From the IMG/VR virus record IMGVR_UViG_3300013829_000003, positions 1-41,337 of that record: a DNA stretch of 41,337 nt; one strand, written 5' to 3'. Shown in pieces: positions 23,917-32,960 of this stretch. Below the pieces are notes generated by a model. It worked only from the letters and a program-made list of their open reading frames with translations. It did no database searches and was not told the origin of the DNA. Position numbers and translations under genes: made by a program. This DNA is from a virus. Taxonomy: Duplodnaviria > Caudoviricetes. Numbering within the stretch: the first letter of the stretch is position 1; the number at the start of each line of letters is the position of its first letter.

Positions 23917-25974
23917 TCACCTCCTGCCCCGGATCAGGGACCGGGTCTTGCCGCCCTTGTCGTAGTCTTCGAGAATCACGCCGATCACCCACTCGCGGCC
24001 GTTCCACTCCGGCTGTGTTGTCGAGGCGTTTTTCGCACTTCCATTATTCACGACCTGGATCGACACGCGAGGCGCAGAACCCGTGACGCCGAGCTTGCCC
24101 GTCGATGAGTCCCGCGACAGCGGCAGGATCGCCTCGGGACCCGCCTCGCCCATGACGCCCGTACCCTGGGCGAACCGGAACACCGTCGGCGCATCGACGA
24201 TGCCGCCCGATGCGAACGGGACGATCCCCGACCGGTCGAACGCATTGCCCTTCGCACTGGCCGCCGTCCCGCCGCCGATCGCGTTGCCGACGGCGGCGAA
24301 GCCCGTCGTGTAGAGCTGGTTGAGCGAACTGCGGATCGCCCAGCGGGCCATATCCTTCCCCAGTTCGCGGAACGCATCCCGCACGTTCGTGACGTTCATC
24401 AGGATGTCGGTCGTCGCGTCCACCATGCCGTCGCGAAAGGTCGTGGCGGCGTCGGCCCCGAGTTCGCCGAGGGTCGGCAGGTCCCGCTTCATCTCTGCGA
24501 ATCCGGCCCGCCAGCCTTCGACGAAGTTGCCGGTCGCCTTCTGTCTGGCGATCTCGTGCTTCTCGTGCATCGCGGTGTACCATTCGTCGATCGCGTTGGC
24601 GTCGATCCCCATCTCCTCGTACTGCCGACGCTGCTGGAGGATCAGGGCGTAGCGGGCGGTAAAGCTGGCCTCGGACCGGCTGTCGATCTGGTCGTACATG
24701 CGGGACATCGCCGCGGCGATGTCGGAGGTCGATTGCTGGGTCGCGGCGGCCTCGGAGCCGCCGTCCGTGCCGGGGAATTGGGGCGAGCCGGTGACATCCA
24801 GCGACGGCATGTCATACACGCCGGGGAGTGTACGGGGCTTTGGAGAACTCGTGAGCAAGTCCTCGTTCTCCTGCCTAAGCTGTGCCTCGATCTGCGAGAG
24901 ACGATCTGTCCGTGCCTGCTGGTAGTTCTGCAGAATCTCGTGCCATTTTCGGATGTATTGCGGCGGACGCTCCCCCTCCAGACCCGTCTCCTGCACCTCC
25001 CGTTGCCACGCCGCCGCGTCGCCCGTCGTCTGTCTATATTCGGCGCGTGCAGTGTCCATCCACGGCGGTTTCGCCGCTTCTTCCTGGGCCAGCCGCTCCT
25101 GCGCCGTGTGGCGAATCCATTGATCCGCACGGTCTCCGACGATCTGATCCTGTACCTTGAGGAATATCTTGGACACCCAACCCAGGGCCGCGACGCTTCC
25201 CTCCGCCCACGCCTTGATGTCCGCCTGATTATCTTGCAGCCAGTCATGGATTGCCGTGAACGCATTCTGCAGAGTCGGAAGAAAGGTTTGGCCAATCACC
25301 TCCTCCGTATCCCCCAGCGTGTTTTTGAACTGTGTCTGTGCGCCCGCGGCGCTGCGGGTTGCGTCCTCGGCGAGTTTGAATTTCTCGGCGCCCTGGCGGA
25401 CGAGTTCGTTGAATTTCTCTTCGGCCGAGAGATTGGCGTCGACGAGGATGCCCCGCTCTTTGAGTTGGCCCGTCTCCCCCTTGAAGGCCAACGCCATGAT
25501 CTTCATCGCCTCGTGCAGCTCCATGCCGTGGCTCGTCAGCCCGATGGCCGCGACCGTCGCGTCCCCGAGCCGGTCCGTCGTGATCCCGAGCGTCTTGCCG
25601 TAGGCCATCTCCGAGAGGATCAGCTCATCGGCCAGGGTCGTCCGCTGCTGCAACGAGGCGGCGAACGCCTCGCTGGCGGACACGTTCTCGGCGGTCGCAT
25701 CGTTCGTGAGCGAATAGGCGGCCGCCAGCTTCCGCACCGCCTCCTGCTGGGCCATCGCCTTGCCCGTGATGTCGGAGAATACCCGCTTGGCCGCGTAGAG
25801 GCCCCCGCCGATCCCGGCCAGCTTGGCGCCCGTCCCGACCAGATCGAGCAGCCGCTTGCCGGTGCGATTCGACTCCTCCGACAGCTCGCGCATGGACTTG
25901 CGGGCCTTGCCGGCGTTGCGGTCGAACGCCGTCGAGTCCATCGTCAGTCGGGCCAGCATGTTCCAGATTGCCAT
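23917..25974 (-). CDS. Tape measure protein
   Basis: Ala-rich helical, 685 aa; C-terminal AKGNAF..PFASGGIV..MGEAGPEAILPL motif. Confidence 0.9.
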   Translation of the reverse strand: MAIWNMLARLTMDSTAFDRNAGKARKSMRELSEESNRTGKRLLDLVGTGAKLAGIGGGLYAAKRVFSDITGKAMAQQEAVRKLAAAYSLTNDATAENVSASEAFAASLQQRTTLADELILSEMAYGKTLGITTDRLGDATVAAIGLTSHGMELHEAMKIMALAFKGETGQLKERGILVDANLSAEEKFNELVRQGAEKFKLAEDATRSAAGAQTQFKNTLGDTEEVIGQTFLPTLQNAFTAIHDWLQDNQADIKAWAEGSVAALGWVSKIFLKVQDQIVGDRADQWIRHTAQERLAQEEAAKPPWMDTARAEYRQTTGDAAAWQREVQETGLEGERPPQYIRKWHEILQNYQQARTDRLSQIEAQLRQENEDLLTSSPKPRTLPGVYDMPSLDVTGSPQFPGTDGGSEAAATQQSTSDIAAAMSRMYDQIDSRSEASFTARYALILQQRRQYEEMGIDANAIDEWYTAMHEKHEIARQKATGNFVEGWRAGFAEMKRDLPTLGELGADAATTFRDGMVDATTDILMNVTNVRDAFRELGKDMARWAIRSSLNQLYTTGFAAVGNAIGGGTAASAKGNAFDRSGIVPFASGGIVDAPTVFRFAQGTGVMGEAGPEAILPLSRDSSTGKLGVTGSAPRVSIQVVNNGSAKNASTTQPEWNGREWVIGVILEDYDKGGKTRSLIRGRR

Positions 25975-25980
25975 CGTCCA

Positions 25981-26226
25981 CTACTCCTTGCCCGGATCGA
26001 GCATCGCCGACAGGATGCGATTCCGCTGCGGGGCCGGCAGGGGCCGCACGGGCGGCCGGGACACGGGACACCATTCCCCGCCAATCGGCTCGATCTCTCT
26101 CATCGCCTCGATCTCCATCATCTGATCGCGGCTCAGGACGGCGAGCAGGTGTTCGGGGTGCGGGTAGCCGCACATCCAGGCGAATCGGAACCACCATCGC
26201 AGCTCGACGTCCCGTCGGAGTTTTTT
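25981..26226 (-). CDS. Tail chaperone C-terminal extension (gpT), made by -1 frameshift
   Basis: Slippery A AAA AAC at 26220-26226; the -1 frame reads KLRRDVELRWWFRFAWMCGYPHPEHLL..IEPIGGEW. Confidence 0.85.
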   Translation of the reverse strand, partial: KKLRRDVELRWWFRFAWMCGYPHPEHLLAVLSRDQMMEIEAMREIEPIGGEWCPVSRPPVRPLPAPQRNRILSAMLDPGKE

Positions 26227-26573
26227 ACCACATCCTCCATCGCTTCCCGCTTGACGCCGTTGAGCACGAGGGCCTCGCCGAACAGGCGATCGACGACGCC
26301 GGGGTCGAGCGACGCCAGGGCGTCGCGGTCGTCCGCAGAGAACACCGGATTCCCGGTGTCGGGATCGACGATGGACAGCGAGAGATACTCCAGCGTGAAT
26401 GCGAGCGCTGCGACGGGGTCGTCCCAGTCGAGGTCGCGGCCCGTCTTCTTCATCCGCCAGTAGTCCATCGCGGTCATTCTCCGGAGCATCACGTCTCCGC
26501 CCAGCTCGGGCACGGCGACCACCTGGCTCTTTCGGCCGCCCGCGAGGATTTGTGTACGTGTCAAGATCGCCAT
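26133..26573 (-). CDS. Tail assembly chaperone (gpG)
   Basis: VPELGGDVMLRRMT..LSIVDPDTGNPVFS..VVKN; lies between tail tube and TMP. Confidence 0.88.
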   Translation of the reverse strand: MAILTRTQILAGGRKSQVVAVPELGGDVMLRRMTAMDYWRMKKTGRDLDWDDPVAALAFTLEYLSLSIVDPDTGNPVFSADDRDALASLDPGVVDRLFGEALVLNGVKREAMEDVVKNSDGTSSCDGGSDSPGCAATRTPNTCSPS

Positions 26574-26577
26574 TCCG

Positions 26578-27423
26578 TCACGCCGCCTTTCCGGTAAAGG
26601 TCCATTTGCCCCCGTTGACCGGCCGAATCGAGAGGGACTGCGTGACGCGGTCCGACTCGCTGCCGGCCGAGGGGAAGTCGAGTCGCGTAATCACGGACAC
26701 GTCCGCCTCGACCTTCGAGCCGTCGTCGAGCGTAAACGTGCACGTGCCAGTCGGATCGGCGGCGACCGCCGACGTGGCCAGGGTCGCGAAGACGCCTGTC
26801 GTGCCGGAGATCACCCAGGCCGAGCCGCTGACCGGCTGCGCCGTCAGGCTCGTCACGAGCCGGTCGGAATCGCCTCCGGCGCCGGGCAGGTCGAGGTTCG
26901 TCAGGACCGCCGTCGCAGCCGTCAGGATCATGCCGTCGCCGAGCGTGAAGACCGCGGCGCCGGTCGGCGTGGCATTGATCGCCTTGCCCGCCAGCACGGC
27001 GTAGACGCCCGTCGTGGCCGTCGGGTCGTATACGAGCTGCACGTTGATCGGGCCGTAGCTGCACGTTCCGACCAGGACCGTCTTGGCGTCGTTGTCGCAG
27101 TCGCTGAATTCCGCCGTGTTGCGGGTCAGGAATGTCCCGCCGACGCTGATGACCTGGCCGCACGCCTGGCTGTTGAAGGTGAACGCCGAGCCGAGCAGTA
27201 GTTGGGACAGGTCGCCCGCCGACCCCGAATTGAGCACGGCCTGCACGTTCAGCTCGCCGTAGGCGTAGCGGCCGGTCAGGACGCGGGCGACGCCGTTGTC
27301 GCAGTCGTTGAACTGCGGGGTGTCTCGGGTGATGAAGTTGCCTGTCGCGCTGACGACCTGGCCGATCGTGTTGCCGTCGAAGTCGACCGTCGCGCCATAG
27401 AGCAGTTGGGATAAGTCCGACAT
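26578..27423 (-). CDS. Major tail tube protein with nested internal duplication
   Basis: Position after the terminator gene; AAGGAGG RBS, start MSDLSQLL; A-A'-B-B' repeat structure. Confidence 0.8.
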   Translation of the reverse strand: MSDLSQLLYGATVDFDGNTIGQVVSATGNFITRDTPQFNDCDNGVARVLTGRYAYGELNVQAVLNSGSAGDLSQLLLGSAFTFNSQACGQVISVGGTFLTRNTAEFSDCDNDAKTVLVGTCSYGPINVQLVYDPTATTGVYAVLAGKAINATPTGAAVFTLGDGMILTAATAVLTNLDLPGAGGDSDRLVTSLTAQPVSGSAWVISGTTGVFATLATSAVAADPTGTCTFTLDDGSKVEADVSVITRLDFPSAGSESDRVTQSLSIRPVNGGKWTFTGKAA

Positions 27424-27425
27424 GT

Positions 27426-27818
27426 TTATGCCTCCTTCAAAACGATTTCGATGTCCACGTATTTTCCGTATTGCCGTGCGGATTCGTCCGGATCGAGGCT
27501 CGGCACATCGCCCTGGTCCCGCACGAAGACGCCCAGCACGGAGCCGCTGTGGTATCCGCTGAGCAGGGCTCGCACCGCTTCGGCCAACGCCCCGGCGCCG
27601 GCGTGAGTCGCCGACCACGCCGTGATCTGATAGCGGCCCCGGGCCAGGCCCTGCCCATCACAGGAGTATTCCCGCAAACCAGCGATCTGCTGATAGACGA
27701 GCCGATCCCGCGTCTCGCCCGGCGTTTCGTCGAATACCGGCGAGATCCGCGTTTCCGCGAGGGCCGCGATCCCTTCGTCCGCCGCGAGGATTCCGTAGAG
27801 GGTCGTATCCAGGCTCAT
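27426..27818 (-). CDS. Tail terminator (DUF3168-like)
   Basis: LVYQQIAG..RYQITAWSAT..ALAEAVRALLSG. Confidence 0.8.
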   Translation of the reverse strand: MSLDTTLYGILAADEGIAALAETRISPVFDETPGETRDRLVYQQIAGLREYSCDGQGLARGRYQITAWSATHAGAGALAEAVRALLSGYHSGSVLGVFVRDQGDVPSLDPDESARQYGKYVDIEIVLKEA

Positions 27819-28378
27819 CCCGCTCGCCCTCCAGATTCTCGTACCAATTTATCCAGTTCGTGGGCCGTCTGGGTCGAGAGCGTGCGGGCCGCCTCCGTCT
27901 GGGCCGCCTCGGCGCCGGGCCGCAAGAACGGGCGGGCCGCTGCCGCCTTGTTCGATCCGTGGCCATACTCCAGCGAGGCCGGAACGAACGAGCGGCCCAC
28001 CTCGCCGCCGCGGATGTCCACGCGGTTGCCGTGACGGTCTTTCACGTTGAACGCGATCTTCGAGTGAGCCCCCTGGCGGTAGTACACCAGACCGGCGGCC
28101 TCCGAATCGACGAACACCGCGTCCATCGAGTAGGTCCCCGCCTTCTGCCGCCGCGGCGCTCGGACGCGGAAACTCATCAGCATGGCCAGCTTCAGACTCC
28201 GCCGGTCGAGCCGACCACTGTCGGGCAGCGCGGCGATCCGCCGCACGATGGATTCATAAATGACGCGGTGTGCAGCGCGTACTGCGCGGCGCAGGCCTTT
28301 CTTCGCCAGCTTGGCCGGCATCGAAGCGATCAGCCGTTCCAGTTCCCGGGCTCCCTCGATTTGGAATTCCACTCTCAT
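27815..28378 (-). CDS. HK97 gp10-like neck protein
   Basis: IEGARELERL...LEYGH...ARPFLRPG. Confidence 0.85.
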   Translation of the reverse strand: MRVEFQIEGARELERLIASMPAKLAKKGLRRAVRAAHRVIYESIVRRIAALPDSGRLDRRSLKLAMLMSFRVRAPRRQKAGTYSMDAVFVDSEAAGLVYYRQGAHSKIAFNVKDRHGNRVDIRGGEVGRSFVPASLEYGHGSNKAAAARPFLRPGAEAAQTEAARTLSTQTAHELDKLVRESGGRAG

Positions 28379-28704
28379 GGCGACACCTCCCGGCAGTCGC
28401 AGAGCCATTCTTCGTTCCGCTCGCCCGGATTGAGCGGCGGCGAGGTGATCTCGAAGATCCGCGTCCCGAACAAAAACCGATGCGCCCCGGTCAGAGTCGG
28501 GTAGGCGTTGTGCCGCAGCGAGACGCTGTGAGTCTGCTTCGCCTGGGTTTGCTGGGCGGCGATCCGCTCCTCGCCTCGGATCGGCTCGATGCGGGCCCAG
28601 ACGGTTTTGACTGTGGACCACACGCGCACCGTCTGGCCCGTGGCCCCTTTGGATTCGACCGCCTGCTGGATCGCCACGCGATGTCTCAGATGTCCCGCTC
28701 TCAT
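28375..28704 (-). CDS. Head closure / head-tail adaptor (SPP1 gp16-like)
   Basis: MRAGHLRHRVAIQ..TVWARIEPIRGEE. Confidence 0.9.
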   Translation of the reverse strand: MRAGHLRHRVAIQQAVESKGATGQTVRVWSTVKTVWARIEPIRGEERIAAQQTQAKQTHSVSLRHNAYPTLTGAHRFLFGTRIFEITSPPLNPGERNEEWLCDCREVSP

Positions 28705-28720
28705 CGTTCTACGCTCCACA

Positions 28721-29653
28721 TCATACGTGCACCAGCCTGTCGATTCCCAGGAGCGCGCGGACCCCGGTGGGGATCGTCGCGACAATGTGTCCCTCGACGA
28801 TGTCCTCGCGATTCTCGTACAGATCGCCCGCCAGCAGCAGGATCGCGTTGCGCACGTGCTCCGGGACAGATGACCCATCGGCCCCATAGCCGGCCGTGTA
28901 CGTCAGCGTCACCGCGTTCAGCTCGTCCCGCGTCGCGGGCCAGGCCGTCCCGTAGGCGGGAACGATCCGCCCGGGTTCCGTGATGGCGTCTATGGCGTAC
29001 TGCGTCGCGGCCAGCGTCTGCGTCTGGCCGCCGGAGTCGATGTACGCGATGGATGTCACTGCGATGAGCGGCGCACCCTGCGGCCGAATCACCGACGGGA
29101 ACCGGTCGAACACATCCACGCAGGTCTGCGTGATGAATTTGCGGCCGTTGTACTGCTCGGACCAGCGGGTCGCGGCCCCCAGATAGGCGTCGAGGAGGAG
29201 GTCCTCCGTGGCGTCGTCCGCGTCGATCCGCAGATGTGCCTTGAGTTCGGCCAGCGACACGGGCCAGGAACCGACGCCGCCGGACCATGCGGCGACCGAC
29301 CCGATGCACAACACGTCGATCGAGTGCGACACGTACACGCCGCCGTCGAGGACGCCGTAGAGACGGTAGGCGGCGCCGATCTCCCAGGCCTCGGCCGCGA
29401 TGGAACACGTCCAATGTCCCTGGGATTCGTGCGCAACGGGATGCGAGGCGTCCTCCGACGAACCGGCTACGGCGACGGTGACCGACCACTCGCCTGCCGA
29501 CGCATCCCAGTATTTGCCCTCCTCGGACCCCCGTCGCTGCACGAGGTAGATCTCGACCGTGCCCGTCTCGACTCCGCCTCCGCCCGAGGTGGACTGCGGA
29601 TCGATGATATCGACTCCGACCGTATTGGCCTGGCCTGCGATGACCGTCACCAT
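28721..29653 (-). CDS. Head-tail connector (gp6/gp15-like) with about 125-aa N-terminal extension
   Basis: PVSLAELKAHLRID...VPEHVRNAILLLAGDLYENRE. Confidence 0.9.
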   Translation of the reverse strand: MVTVIAGQANTVGVDIIDPQSTSGGGGVETGTVEIYLVQRRGSEEGKYWDASAGEWSVTVAVAGSSEDASHPVAHESQGHWTCSIAAEAWEIGAAYRLYGVLDGGVYVSHSIDVLCIGSVAAWSGGVGSWPVSLAELKAHLRIDADDATEDLLLDAYLGAATRWSEQYNGRKFITQTCVDVFDRFPSVIRPQGAPLIAVTSIAYIDSGGQTQTLAATQYAIDAITEPGRIVPAYGTAWPATRDELNAVTLTYTAGYGADGSSVPEHVRNAILLLAGDLYENREDIVEGHIVATIPTGVRALLGIDRLVHV

Positions 29654-29668
29654 GTTCCACGCCTTTCG

Positions 29669-30070
29669 TCAATCGAGCGACACACCCGCCCCGCCCGCCG
29701 CAAAGCTCGCCGTATCGCCGTTCTGCACGGTCTTGCTCTGCGAAAGACTCCCGTGGGCCAGCAGGTTGCCTTCCGTCGCCGCGTCGAACAGGGCGAAGTG
29801 CGTCGCTGCCGTCCAATTCCCGGTCGCCGTCGGAAACGCGATGGACGTCGCATTGTCCAGCGCGCCGCCGCTGGCCGCGTCCCAGTCGCTCGCCGAGGTC
29901 GCCACGCGGGCGTATCCGTTTCCGGACAGTTCATTGCACGCACTGCCCGTCCCGGCGTCCGTCGGGTCCGCGCTGCACAGACCGACGTAAATTGTCGGCG
30001 GCGTGTACGCGCCTTTGCCGAACACATGATCGAGAATCTCGTTTTCCCAGTAGTTCGAAAAGCTGCCCAT
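29669..30070 (-). CDS. Virion structural protein (small fibre/collar-associated beta protein)
   Basis: MGSFSNYWENEILDHVF..YVGLCSADP..GNGYARV..FPTATGNW..DAATEGNLL, a widespread phage structural family. Confidence 0.8.
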   Translation of the reverse strand: MGSFSNYWENEILDHVFGKGAYTPPTIYVGLCSADPTDAGTGSACNELSGNGYARVATSASDWDAASGGALDNATSIAFPTATGNWTAATHFALFDAATEGNLLAHGSLSQSKTVQNGDTASFAAGGAGVSLD

Positions 30071-30072
30071 GA

Positions 30073-31524
30073 CTATCTCCGTTTTTTGAGCATGAGGAAT
30101 ATTGCAGTCACCGAGCCGCCGCCCGGTGTCAACAGCGATCCGCTCAGCGAGGCCGAAGCGGCAATGGAACCGGACAGGCTGCGGGCGATCTCCGTCGAGG
30201 CTGTCAGCGACGCCGTCGCATCGATTCCGCCCGCCAGAGACCGGACGATGGACCCGGCGGCCGACAGGCTCGTTGCCGCCTCGACCCGACCCGACAGGGC
30301 GATGGTCCGCGAGAGGGAGGCCGCCGCGACGGCGGTCGCCGTCACATGGCCATCCAGCGATCGAGCCGCCGACAGGGAACCACCGGCCGAGGATGCGGCC
30401 GAGATGGAACCAGATAGAGACACCTGTCCCTGCGTGGACAGCGTGCCGCCCATCGACGACTGGCCGGCGAGACCGCCGGCGAGGGACCTCGCGACGCCGA
30501 CCGACGCGGAGACTTGCGGCTGGGCCGCGATCTGACCGACCAGTGGCCGCGAGACGCGGAGCGATCCGGATAGTAACGATTGCCCAGCGGTTGAACCGGC
30601 GACGCGTTTCGCGATCGACAGTGTTCCGACTGCGGCGGCGGCAGCGTTCGCCGATCCGGTCAGAGGTCGAGCGATGGAGAGCTCCCCCAAAACCGAGGCG
30701 GCCGCCGACACACTGCCGATCAATGCGTGATTCGTCCCGCCGGACGACATCGCTCCCAGCCATGCCCGGCCTTCTGGACGCCGCAGCGTGCAGAACGGGT
30801 CTCGCGACAGCTCCGCGACCTCCGCCGCCGTCAAGGCTCTGTCGTAGAGCGACACCGCGTCGAGCTTGCCGTCGAAATAGTACGTGTAGCTGCCCGTGTT
30901 GCCGGATCGGCCGATCCGTAGACCGGAACTCAGGGTGTAGGCAGTCGTCGGGACTCCCGTAGTCGTCGCGACGAGCACGCCGTCGTGGTACAGCGTCATC
31001 GTGGAGCCGCGCACCACGCCCACCACGTGTACCCATTGTCCGAGCGTGATTCCACCAGGCGAATCGCAACTGTGATTCGCTCCACCGCTGCGGAACATCA
31101 GTTGCGTCTTGCCCGAGCTCGATACCCGCAACGCCCAATACCCATTCGTCGTGTCGCCGACGTTGCGACCGACGACCACTTGAATGTAGTACGGGCTGAC
31201 GCCCGACGCGAAGGCGGCTGGGCAGAGCCATGCGGACACGCTCCAATCATGGCCTACGTAGTCGTAGTCGGTCGCGGCCTGCTGGCCGTAGTCGCCGACG
31301 CCGTCCAGTTGCAGGCACCGGCCGAACCGACCCATCGAGAACTGTGCATCGCCGTAGAGCGTGACATCCCGCCCGCGACCGCTGGCGTCGTGCAGTAGCG
31401 ACCCGGCCCCTTCGCGCATCGCCCAGAGCGCATCGAGCCCGCGGTTGATGGGGTCGGACCGATCAAGTTGCGTGCCCAGAGGCGGCTTGACGCGAGGATC
31501 GAAATGGGGAAACTGTAACACCAT
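30073..31524 (-). CDS. LamG/ConA-like domain protein with about 10 C-terminal 20-aa repeats (fibre/whisker)
   Basis: WVHVVGV, LYHDG, FDGKLDAVSLYDRALT; LxGxxxAxxxxxGxLSxxRx repeats. Confidence 0.85.
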   Translation of the reverse strand: MVLQFPHFDPRVKPPLGTQLDRSDPINRGLDALWAMREGAGSLLHDASGRGRDVTLYGDAQFSMGRFGRCLQLDGVGDYGQQAATDYDYVGHDWSVSAWLCPAAFASGVSPYYIQVVVGRNVGDTTNGYWALRVSSSGKTQLMFRSGGANHSCDSPGGITLGQWVHVVGVVRGSTMTLYHDGVLVATTTGVPTTAYTLSSGLRIGRSGNTGSYTYYFDGKLDAVSLYDRALTAAEVAELSRDPFCTLRRPEGRAWLGAMSSGGTNHALIGSVSAAASVLGELSIARPLTGSANAAAAAVGTLSIAKRVAGSTAGQSLLSGSLRVSRPLVGQIAAQPQVSASVGVARSLAGGLAGQSSMGGTLSTQGQVSLSGSISAASSAGGSLSAARSLDGHVTATAVAAASLSRTIALSGRVEAATSLSAAGSIVRSLAGGIDATASLTASTEIARSLSGSIAASASLSGSLLTPGGGSVTAIFLMLKKRR

Positions 31525-31527
31525 GGT

Positions 31528-32022
31528 TTACGCCGCCGCCTGAATGTCCGGATAGCACGGGGTGAGCGTGATGCTGCACGCATTGGCCGTGGCGTTGAGA
31601 TCCTTCGTTCCGCTGGCGTTCCAGACGCCCAGATTGACGTAGCGGCCCACGATCTCCACGACGAACGAGGCACAGAACGCCTGATCCGCCGCCACGGAGC
31701 AGACCACCTGGCCGACGAATCGGAAATTGCCGAACTTGGTCTCCGGCGTGACATCGCCGTCGGCCGCCAGGTCGCGGTCCGTGGCCTCGCTGTCCGAGAG
31801 ATAGATCCGCACGACGTCCCCAAGTGTCGGCGTCGCCACCCATTTGATCTTGGCGTCGAGCAGATAGGTCGTGGGCCGTGGACTCGCCCCACGGTCCCAC
31901 TGGTTGGAGACCTGTCCGTTGCCCAGATCGACCGTGTCGTTGAGCGTGAACGTGACATTTCCGCCACTCTCCTGGAAGACGACCGGCGTTCCCATCTTGG
32001 ACAGAATTGCGTTCGTTGCCAT
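31528..32022 (-). CDS. Hypothetical virion protein (beta-rich)
   Basis: In the structural operon; AGGAG RBS. Confidence 0.7.
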   Translation of the reverse strand: MATNAILSKMGTPVVFQESGGNVTFTLNDTVDLGNGQVSNQWDRGASPRPTTYLLDAKIKWVATPTLGDVVRIYLSDSEATDRDLAADGDVTPETKFGNFRFVGQVVCSVAADQAFCASFVVEIVGRYVNLGVWNASGTKDLNATANACSITLTPCYPDIQAAA

Positions 32023-32025
32023 CGC

Positions 32026-32325
32026 TTAGGCTCCTGTGGCAAATTCGTTGACGAGCACATCCACGACGTACTGGATCGTCGCGTCGGCCACGCCATCGGG
32101 ATTCGTTTCGATGTCGCCGTTCTCCAGGACCCGGGCGAGCATCTTTTTCGCCTCCGCCGTCACGTCGGTCTGCACCGCCGCCATCCATAGCAGACGGTTT
32201 GCGTGGTTCGTGGTTTCGGCGTTCTCGATCCGGATGTAGGCTGCGCTGTGCAGGCAAGCACCATCGACCCGCCGCAACAGCGTCCCTTCGCCGTGATACG
32301 CTTGAGCAATCTGTGCCAGTGACAT
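32026..32325 (-). CDS. Hypothetical protein
   Basis: GAGGT RBS; DATIQYVVD C-terminal motif. Confidence 0.7.
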   Translation of the reverse strand: MSLAQIAQAYHGEGTLLRRVDGACLHSAAYIRIENAETTNHANRLLWMAAVQTDVTAEAKKMLARVLENGDIETNPDGVADATIQYVVDVLVNEFATGA

Positions 32326-32346
32326 TGTTTACCTCGTCAATTCAAC

Positions 32347-32469
32347 TCAAAAAGTCGCCGTCTTCACGAAATCACTCGTCATCGGACCCAAACCAGCGGG
32401 ACGAAGTACCCGCCCCACCACGTCGCCTTTGCGTTGGATGACTCCGTACAGTTCCGCATTCGTCGCCAT
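32347..32469 (-). CDS. 40-aa ORF, possible truncated gene relic
   Basis: Strong AAAAGGAGAG RBS; MATNAELYGVIQRKGDVVGRVLRPAGLGPMTSDFVKTATF. Confidence 0.45.
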   Translation of the reverse strand: MATNAELYGVIQRKGDVVGRVLRPAGLGPMTSDFVKTATF

Positions 32470-32471
32470 AT

Positions 32472-32735
32472 TCACTCTCCTTTTCTGGCCGGTTCCAGCT
32501 TCGTCTCGATCCGCTTGAGGCTGGCGTCGATGGCCTTGAGCCGCTCATCGATCCGAGCCTGGGCCACTTCGGTCTCCGTCGCCTTGGCCGTCAGGACCTC
32601 GATGCACCGCTCGTGTTTGTCCAGGCCGGCGCTGGTCGTATAGGCCATGCCGCCGGCGCCGAACACCAACGAGGCCACGGCGATCACCGGCGTGATGAAC
32701 CACCATTTGCGCTGTCCGTTATTTGCATCTGCCAT
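32472..32735 (-). CDS. Single-TM plus coiled-coil protein (holin-like)
   Basis: WWFITPVIAVASLVFGAGGMAY TM followed by IDERLKAIDASLKRIETKLE. Confidence 0.6.
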   Translation of the reverse strand: MADANNGQRKWWFITPVIAVASLVFGAGGMAYTTSAGLDKHERCIEVLTAKATETEVAQARIDERLKAIDASLKRIETKLEPARKGE

Positions 32736-32777
32736 CGGATCGGCCTCTCACTGCATTCCAGGCTTTAGTGGCCATCC

Positions 32778-32960
32778 TCATCGGGAATCCGCAGGCGGCG
32801 AATCGGCCGTCTCGCGTCGTTTCTGTTTACCACGCTTGTGACTTGACGCCGCCGCTACAGCGACGCCCCGGGCAATGAGCAACTCAGCCATGCCGCCGCC
32901 CAGGTCCATCGTGCGGCCCTGGGGCATTCCGTTCCACGCCTTGAGGAACGTCACTTTCAT
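32778..32960 (-). CDS. Small head-module protein
   Basis: MKVTFLKAWNGMPQGRTMDL..AELLIARGVA; ATGA overlap, GGAGGT RBS. Confidence 0.7.
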   Translation of the reverse strand: MKVTFLKAWNGMPQGRTMDLGGGMAELLIARGVAVAAASSHKRGKQKRRETADSPPADSR

